Shown: positions 55,229 through 64,000 of the stretch, in pieces
How the letters are laid out: each line of letters opens with the position of its first letter
How positions within the stretch are numbered: position 1 is the first letter of the stretch
NCBI GenBank assembly: GCA_951406725.2
Contig: OX597816.1
Location: 8,370,001-8,434,000, forward strand
DNA: 64,000 bases
Origin: Octopus vulgaris
Lineage: Eukaryota
Reading direction: 5' to 3'
Notes under the pieces: model-generated
What the model was told of the DNA's origin: nothing
Database searches by the model: none
The model's input: only the letters and a program-made list of their open reading frames with translations
Made by a program: the position numbers and the translations under genes

Positions 55229-56114
55229 ACAAAGATTTAAAATATCTAGGTCAAATGAAAGAAGCTCGTGGGAAAATTGCACATGATATGAAATTGACAA
55301 AACTCAACATAAAAAATTCTCTATAGCTTCTTTACGCGCTCTTCGAGTGGCTCTCTTCCCAATATATCTACGCACCGTGGCAGTTAAAAGGAAGAAATTA
55401 TAGAAATTAATCATTACTCATTTTGTCCCACTTCAGGCACCACTTTTTGAAAATTGAAAATTAGTAAAGTTAGACATTAGTGTGGCGGAAAAATTTACTT
55501 GAAATCCAACAGAGAAAAGATTATTTATTGTTAATCCTCAAAATTTATTCTGATATTTTATTAGCAACCACATTTCAATTGGGTCAAAGCCGAGGAAAAA
55601 TTGCTTGAGAAAAAAAGTACCTGTCATATGTGTTTCAAACTCTCTCAACTTTAACAATAATAACTAAGCTGACCAGTTTTTACTCCCAAATATGATGCGA
55701 TAGTAGGGAAAAAATGGTGCAAATTCTTGCAACGTTTCAAACGGGAAGGGAGAAAATAGAGAAAAGTCAGAAATTACTCATTTTACCGTACTTGACCATT
55801 TTGCTCCGACCCTACATAAATACGTATATATTGATCCGGAAATAAGTCGACCTGCTTACACCCAAGAATATGTGTGGACTCGTCCATCTGTTCAGCAATC
55901 CAATTTTACCTCAAGGAAGAATGTTATATTATATTATATTATATTTAAGGAATTATTAATTAATTCATTTATTTATTTGTTTGTGTAATTGTTTCGAGAA
56001 TAAATAAGTCAACCTGTTACAGCTGGTGATACGAATGGACTCGTCCACCTGTTGATTAATACAGTTTTTTACCTGAAGGAGAAGAAGTAGGTCAGAGTTT
56101 AAAGAATTACAAAT

Positions 56115-56370
56115 ATGGCGGGCCGCACCTTGTTTACGTTGAGTTGCATTTGTATAACTTGTGGGTTTTTATGTATGTTCGTGGCCTTTGCTTCTCCTTA
56201 CTGGATCAAGTCATGGACCCGTGTACACAGCCCCATGGCAAACGTGGGTCTTTGGCACGTTTGTCTTTCGGGTTACATCAAACCTCGAGACCCAACTATG
56301 CATGCCTATGTTGGCTGTTGGTGGATTCACTCAACGGTATTCGACGATGCCAGCTATAACATTATGCCAC
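56115..56370 (+). CDS. Claudin/PMP22 superfamily protein (pickel/megatrachea-like), first coding exon
   Basis: TM1 then ASPYWIKS...NVGLWHVCL...GCWWI (W-GLW-C-C claudin signature); donor C|gtaaga. Confidence 0.9.
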
Positions 56371-57445
56371 GTAAGAAAAATGTTTCTATGTCTCTTTATT
56401 TTCCTTTGAATTTCTATTTTTGTCTGTCAAATACATTTAATGGTAATTAATGACTCTAATTAATTGGGTGGCCAATGATGTTTATCAGGTCTGCCCTTCA
56501 TTTCAACGTTTTGGCAATCAATATATAAAAACACATCCAGCTGTATCCCGGGCGATATTTAAATATCCGATCTTGGGGTTATCTATTTTATAAATAATAT
56601 TTGTATAAAACTTATTAAAACTCCCAGTTTCAAAGTTTTTTTCCTACGTTTTTGGAAGAAGGCAATTTCCAGGTTGTTTCTAACTGGGTGGCCAGAACTT
56701 GATTTCCGTTTCTCTAAATAACAAATGTTCACGAAAACTTTGAAAGGAATTTTTTACGATATTTATAAAATCAAAACAAATTGGTAAAAAGTAATTTTAT
56801 TAAATGTCTTCAAGCTCAACGAGGAAAGATAAATTAGATAATTAAAAAATTAATTGATTGAATAAATATTGAGAGGACATTATGATGAATGCTTAGAAGA
56901 AGCATATTTCCGACGCAATTAAGAGTGCGTGTACACACACAGGTACATAAATACAGACAAGAATTATTTGAAAGAGAAACAAAAGCCAATTATTGTTTAC
57001 TTTTGATTTAAGAGGAAAAGAAATAGATTTACAAGTATTTAATTCGAAACGTCCTTTAAAAAAAACATTAATTAGATGTTCTTTGTAAATTAACAAAAGT
57101 TTGGAAAATACGCAAACTTCCTTGTTGTTGCTCCAATTAGTCAAACCACAGAAATTCAAAATTGTACGATGGAAACCTTGAGTGCTCAACATCTTTTTAA
57201 GGTTTCTTGTAATTCCATAAACATTCGATTATTCTGTGCGCTGATCTCTTCCTTGCATGGATTGTGTTGTATATAGTGAGAATTTCGAATATAGAAAGAA
57301 AGCTCAAAGTATTGGAAACTGTATCCCCAAATGCAATAACACTGAAAGATCAAAATTCCAAATCTCGAAATATTGTTGGGAAAAATAATTAGAAAAACGG
57401 TTTTAAGACTGTAATAGTTCTGAAAAGCAGTTTATCTAAGAAACA

Positions 57446-57615
57446 TTAAAGGCGTAACTTCGGTATAGGTACCGGAAGTACCGGATTCATTTCAAGAAAG
57501 TGTTTTTTTTTTATATATATATGGGGGGTTAGGGGTTGAGAAAAGGGTTTCTGTTATCTTCAGAAATGTAAACAAAGCTACTTACGGTACCTATACCGAA
57601 AGATCGCCACATTAA
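57446..57615. mobile_element. Small inverted-repeat element with TTAA flanks (Kolobok-like MITE)
   Basis: TTCGGTATAGGTACCG(G)AAGTA / TACTT(A)CGGTACCTATACCGAA arms. Confidence 0.5.
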
Positions 57616-60600
57616 AATAAATTGACTTCACCCTTTAGTGTTTAAACCGGCCATATCCGGCCCAGATATTCTAAATGTTTTATATTCAAATTGGCCATAT
57701 CCAGCCTCTCACACCTAACCTACATTGACATTCTAAAAATAAACAATCACATCATTGAAACCTCAAAGCTATAAGATAATGTATGATTAATTCAAAACAA
57801 TTTGAGTGAAAAAGTATTACATTTAACAGAGTAATCTGAACACCATTTACTTTTTAAACAGTATTTGTGGAGTTTCTCCAGCTGTTTTGAAAACTTTGAG
57901 TTGGTTGCAAGTTTAGAGAGAACTGAAATATATCATTTCTTTTGAAATTGTATTTTGCTTGGAACATTTGAGACTTTGTGGAAATTCCCCCTAGATAGTA
58001 TTGAATGCCTTTGTTAGACATTTCTTTCCTCTTTTACCTTGAGACTTGTTATCCATTATTTTTTTCCACTTCGAGTCAAGATGTAAACAATCTTTACTGT
58101 GGAATGAAATTTAAAAAGATAATTTATCCGTAATATTATTTGGCAATTGTAAGACTATGTTTGTAAAGCTTCAACAAATCTTAATATGATGCAGTCCTTC
58201 ATTACTGTATTTATTTAGAGATGCTCTGTGTTTCTTTCAGTTACTTTAAATATAACAAAGAATTTAGTAATATAATTTAGTTATCATTCAGCTACTGTCA
58301 GGAACATAAATTGTGACTAAGGTTTGGTGGAAGATTTTAATTTAAAACTTATGTAAACATGACATTTGTACTCAGAGCTAGAACCGGTTTCAGCCGGGTT
58401 GGTAACAAAAGGGTTAATTTTTGATATCAGCAAAAAGTTTGTGTGGTTAGACTTGAATTTGCAGTCCTAGTGATTGAAATATAGTTGCAGACTCACTGAG
58501 CAGTGGATTCTTTAAAACAACAACAAAGAAAAACCTGTCAGTGACAATGACAAAGGCATGCGTGGTGTGGCCGGATGGTTTTGTAAGTTTATTTTATAAC
58601 CATTTGCTTCTGGATTTGGTCTCAATGCATAGCACTTTGGGCAAGTATGTCTGCTACTGCTTGAGTCAATTAATGCCTTTAGTAAAAATTGATAGCAGGG
58701 AAACGATACAGAAGCTGATTTCTTGTGTGTGAGTTGGCATGTTTATACCACTTAAAAATAACTACTGGAGTCAATGTGTTCAACCAAACACTCGAAGATG
58801 ATGTCCCAACATGTTCTCAATCTAATAATTGGTAAATGAATAAAAGAATACTTTTGCCGTACTTAATTTTAAATATTTATTTATATTATAGTTTCAGCAA
58901 TTATGATATTTACAAATATTGTTGACTTGGTCAGTAAAGCCAGACTCCTGCTTATCCTTTATATATATTTGTGTATGATTTATTTACTTATTTAATCATT
59001 TCTTGAAGGCAGTAGATGGGTTCTAACCAAGAAACAAATGCTCTATCATTGCAGTTTGGATAATAACAGGATAATTTTTACATAGTGAACTTGATGAAAG
59101 TTTTGTATATTTTAACTGTTCCACTTATAGGCTATATCTGTAAAGTTTATTTTAGCCAGTTTCTTGCCTCTCCGGATTGTCATTTAGACATTTCCTAACA
59201 TAACTGAGTGTACCAATGTTTATTGGTATGAATGTGAATTTATAATCAGAGTAGATGGTGCTGGTGCCACATAAAAAGCACTGGTGATGGTGTTGTATAA
59301 AAAGCACTAATGCTGGCACCACATAAAATGCACCCAGAACTCAGCATCACCTTACAGGCACCTGTGCCAGTGGCATGTGTAAAAAGATTTGAGCAAGGTC
59401 GTTGCCAGTACCGCCTGACTGGCCCTCGTGCCGGTGGCATGTAAAAGCACCCACTACACTCACGGAGTGGTTGGCATTAGGAAGGGCATCCAGCTGTAGA
59501 AACTCTGCCAGATCAGACTGGAGCCTGGTACAGCCATCTGGTTCACCAGCCCTCAGTCAAATTGTCCCGCCCATGCTAGCATGGAAAGCGGACGTTAAAT
59601 GATGATGATGATGAACACTGTAAAGTGGTTAGCATTAGGGAAGGCATCCAACTGTAGAACTTGTGCCAAAACAGACAATGGAACCTGGTGAGGCTTCTGG
59701 CCACTGCTGCTCCTTTCAAACCATCCAACCCATGCCAGCATGGAAGTTGTACATTAAATGATGATGAATAAAGAAGCTGTAATTTTCAAAATAGTGACCC
59801 ATAAATTTTCTTCTTCTATTTAATCTTTTATCTTTCGCTTGTTTCATTCATTAACTGTGGCCATGCTGGGGCAGAATTACCCCCCCAGTACTTATTCTTT
59901 TAAAAGCTGGGCACCTATTCTATTGGTCTCTTTTGATGAACTGCAACGTTACTGGGATGTAAACACACCAACACCAGTTGTCAAGCAATGATGGGGGACA
60001 AACAGATACAAAGACACACATATGAGCTTAGTAGTATGAAGGAAAAATTGCAGTCAGAGATGATGATGGCTGGTAGAAGTGTCTTCAGGAAGAAATTGGG
60101 CAAAGGGCAGTGATGCACGGTGCTTTTTGTCATTGGGTTTGCTGTCACTCTGACCATACAACGACCAACCTTAGCATTACTCAAATTAAACTTACAAACT
60201 GTGAAGTGTTTGGTGTGCTAACAACACCAAAATTCAACCTGGCTCAAGTTTCTGACTTCTAAAAGTGTTTTATTAGTTTTGAAAACAAATTAAGATCAAA
60301 GTTATATCAAGATATTGTGAGAAAAAGATTATTCTCTCTTTTACTCTTTTACTTCTTTCAGTCATTTGACTGCGGCCATGCTGGAGCACTGCCTTTAGTC
60401 GAGCAAATCGACCCCGGGACTTATTCTTTGTAAGCCCAGTACTTATTCTATCGGTCTCTTTTGCCGAACCGCTAAGTGACGGGGACGTAAACACACCAGC
60501 ATCGGTTGTCAAGCAATGCTAGGGGAACAAACACAGACACACAAACATATATACACACACTTATATATATATATATACATATATACGACGGGCTTCTTTC

Positions 60601-62017
60601 AGTTTCCATCTACCAAATCCACTCACAAGGCATTGGTCGGCCCGGGGCTATAGCAGAAGACACTTGCCCAAGATGCCACGCAGTGGGACTGAACCCGGAA
60701 CCATGTGGTTGGTTAGCAAGCTACTTACCACACAGCCACTCCTGCGCCTATTATTGTAAAAAAAAAGTTAGTTTTTAGTTTAGGAATTTAAAATTAATTT
60801 AACTGTATGACTTCTTGCCACGAAAACAATATAACCATGCTGTCAAAGCTGTTGCACACCCTTTGCCATTAATTTTTTGCCATTCTCCCATTATCCTATG
60901 ATCCGTCTGGTACCATATGATACAATGTGCTGTGAGGTGTGCAGTGTTATTTCGGGACACACGCCACCAAATTTCGAGCAGGAGTTTAACAAAAGTTTTT
61001 CTTTGTGATTAAATTAATGAGTCAAGTTCATATTTATTATGAATTTGCCATTTTTGATGGTTGTGCAGTGCACACCTAACACTCTCGGAATCTACGCCCC
61101 TGGCAAGGGGCCCTTTTGTGCATCATCATCATTGTCGTCATCCTCTATTTTCAATGCTGGCATGGGTTGGACAGCTTGATAGGGGCTTAGCAAGGCCAGG
61201 AGCCACAGCAAGCACCATAGTCTGTTTTGGCTTGGTTTCTGCAGTTGGGTGCCCTTCCTAACACCGACCACTTTACAGAATGCCACCAGCACCTGCAAGA
61301 TCACAAATTAACTTATTTTGTTCAAGACAAAGACCCCTTGACTGAGTATGGTGGAGTGTAGTACAGCTATCAATCACAATGTTTATCAAATTATAAGGTC
61401 TCACCACTTACACGAGAAGCAAGGGGCATTCCTACCCCATTTTTCCATACAGTACCTCTTGGTGTAGAATACAATGTCTAGCAGAGATGGTTACATCATC
61501 ATCATCATCATTCAGCATCTGTTTTCCATGCTGGCATGGGTTACACGGTTTGACTGGAACTGGTAAGCTGCAGAGCTGCGTCAGGTTCCAGTCTTATTTG
61601 GTTTGGTTTCTATAGCTGGATTGCCCTTCCTAATGCCAACCACTCCAAGAGGATAATGGGTGTCTTTAACGTATCACTGACCCCAACTATAGTTTCACTT
61701 GGCTTGACATGTCTTCCAAAGCGCAGCAAATTGCCAAAAGTCTTGATCACATCGCCTCTGCCAGATTCAGCATCTGAGGATCATGCCTCACCACCTCGTT
61801 CCATGTCTTCCTGGGTCCACCTCTTCCACAGATTCCCTCCGAGGTTATAGATTTATATTTAAGACTTAGTGAGTGAAACTTGTCTTCCATTCCCCCATCT
61901 TCTGAAAACGTCTAGTAACAATAATTTCTGTGAGGCTGTGACTGCCAAAAAACGAGGAAGCTGCTACATGGTCACTTGACTTGCTAAAAATAGTAGTCAA
62001 CTCTCTCCCAGATGTCT

Positions 62018-62246
62018 TTAACCCTTTCATTACCAACCCAGCTGAAACCAGCTCTGGCTCTGTAGTACAAATGTCTTGTTTACATAAATTTTGAATTAAA
62101 ATCTTCCACCAAACCTTAGTCACAATTTATGTTCCTAACACTAGTTTAATGATAACTAAGTTATTTTATTAAATTCTTTGTTATATTTAAAGTAATTGAA
62201 AGAAACACAGAACATCTCAACAGAAATACAGTAATGAAAGGCTTAA
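62018..62246. mobile_element. TTAA-associated MITE family 2
   Basis: TTAACCCTTTCATTAC...GTAATGAAAGGCTTAA; copies at 45925-46151 and 58195-58417. Confidence 0.75.
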
Positions 62247-62713
62247 AAAAAAGCTTATCCAATACATTTCATTTTTGAATTTGGTTTGCAAGAGTCTTGA
62301 CTGTTGAAAAGGTTGCAAGACGCAACGAAAATTTTAGGAAAATAAAAATAAGAAATAAGTGGAAATTTTACTGGTGAGTGTGTTACATTATAAGGCACAA
62401 AAAGAAAATGACTCTCCCCAGACACAACAGAATATCCAATACATCATTCTCAATTAACATCTGTTTTCCGTGCTGGCATATGTTGGATGGTTTGACAGGA
62501 GCTGGCCAGGCTGGTGCAGCTCTCTGGCTGACCAGTTCCTGTCAAACTGCCCAGCCCATGCCAGTACGGAAAATGGACATTAAATGATGATGATGATGAT
62601 GACTTCTACGATTCTGTCCTCATGGTTTGATGTTTTATAAATGCATTTATTACATTATACTTTGAAAAGAAAGGCTATCAATCTGTTGTACATTTGTTGC
62701 TTTATATTTTCAG

Positions 62714-62878
62714 ACTGGTTCCGAGCAGTGCAGGCTTTCGCCATCTTCACACTTCTCTGTGATCTTGGTTCGCTTCTTCTGATTTTGCTCTATTTGTCCC
62801 CCTACACCACTGAAACGGTCTACAAAGACAGGAAAATGAAGCTTTTCATTCTCAACTGTGTTCTCAACGGGATTGCAG
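62714..62878 (+). CDS. Claudin-like protein, second coding exon (TM2 to start of TM3); gene continues past the window
   Basis: tttcag|AC TGG...GCA G|gtatgt; in phase with exon 1: MP-HWFRAVQAFAIFTLLCDLGSLLLILLYL...LFILNCVLNGIA. Confidence 0.9.
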
Positions 62879-64000
62879 GTATGTACTTGACATTTATTTA
62901 TAAAATTTGAATTTCTGAGATTCTTTACACTGTTCATTCTTATCTGTCACCTTTGCTCACAAAACTGCATGTGTGTCTCATCATCATCATCAATTAACAT
63001 CCATTTTCCATGCTGGCATGGGTTGGACAAGGTACAATGGCCCAGTGGTTAGGGCAGTGAATGGCAGTCGTAGGATCACAGTTTTGATTCCCAGTCCGGG
63101 CGTTGTGAGTGATTATTGAGTGAAAACTGTTAAAGCTCCACAAGGCTCCATCTTAGTATGCTTGTCTGCACAGGACCCTGCTCCACCTCCACCCTCCCTG
63201 TTCTGTCAAGCATTTCCCCCACATCTCTTCCCCAGACACTCTATCTATGGTACCACTCAGCTGCTGTTATCACCAGAGAGCAGAAGTGGCACATACCACA
63301 CCCCCTCCCTTTCGGTTATCTCCTCCCCGCCTCATTCAACCACTTCCATCTCATTATCTTCCCTGCTCACTATTTTCACCAATCATCTCCTTTCTATTTC
63401 TCTAGCCATTTTTTCTCTCCACTCTTCTATACTACATCCTTAACACTTTTACACTTTGTCATACACACACACCGACATTGCACATTCAGCAGAGCATATT
63501 AACTTCCCTTCTTTCTAGCCCTTGCATGTCCTCTGCTTTTATGGCCCAAGTTTCTCTGCCATACCCTATAGCCATTCATACACAAGCATCATACAATCTT
63601 GTCTTCCATTCTGCAGGTGATATCTTTTGTTGCCAACAGAGGTAATGGCTCTCTAAACCTTCTCCATCTTCTTTTAATGCTAATACCTATGCTTTCAGGG
63701 CATTCTTCTCTACTGCTAATTTGGTCACCTTCATAACAGTAACTATCTACTACCTCTTAAATGTCCTCTTGGATATTTAAGGAAATCTGCATCTTGTGTG
63801 TTGTTGTTGTTGTTTGTTCCTTCTCAAGCCATGCCTGGCTCATAGGGCCGGTTTCCCAGTTTCATTGACGAATAGGTTCCCCACCTGGATGGGACGCCAG
63901 TCCATCACAGGTGAGCTGCTAGATGCAGGAGGAAAGAATGAGAGAAAGTTGTGGCAAAAGAGTCAGCAGAAGTTCGCCATTACCTTCTGCCAGAGCCATG

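Overview
AT-rich, intron-rich animal genomic DNA, not prokaryotic. The repeat landscape (tRNA-derived SINEs, RTE LINEs with (ATG)n tails, (TA)n/(CA)n microsatellites) suggests a coleoid cephalopod, most likely Octopus; that is my inference from recalled repeat families. Three protein-coding genes are supported. (1) The 3' half of an SMCHD1 orthologue on + (19 GT-AG exons, 35..37029, 855 aa in window, SMC hinge near the C-terminus). (2) An antisense gene nested in its 14.1-kb intron 9460..23558, encoding an LRR array followed by a ZU5-like domain; as assembled, its frame breaks at a CGATGATGA stop/start overlap near 19881-19896. (3) The first two coding exons of a pickel/megatrachea-like claudin on + (56115..62878, running off the window). 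The rest is dense transposon debris: RTE, CR1 and R4-like LINE pieces, several SINE families, Tc1/mariner, piggyBac, hAT, Mutator and Helitron derivatives. The most unusual signal is a set of short non-coding elements, some with tRNA-like promoters and minimal hammerhead-ribozyme cores, inserted as head-to-head inverted pairs in the manner of Penelope-like elements. All homology calls are from memory and hand translation; no database search was run.
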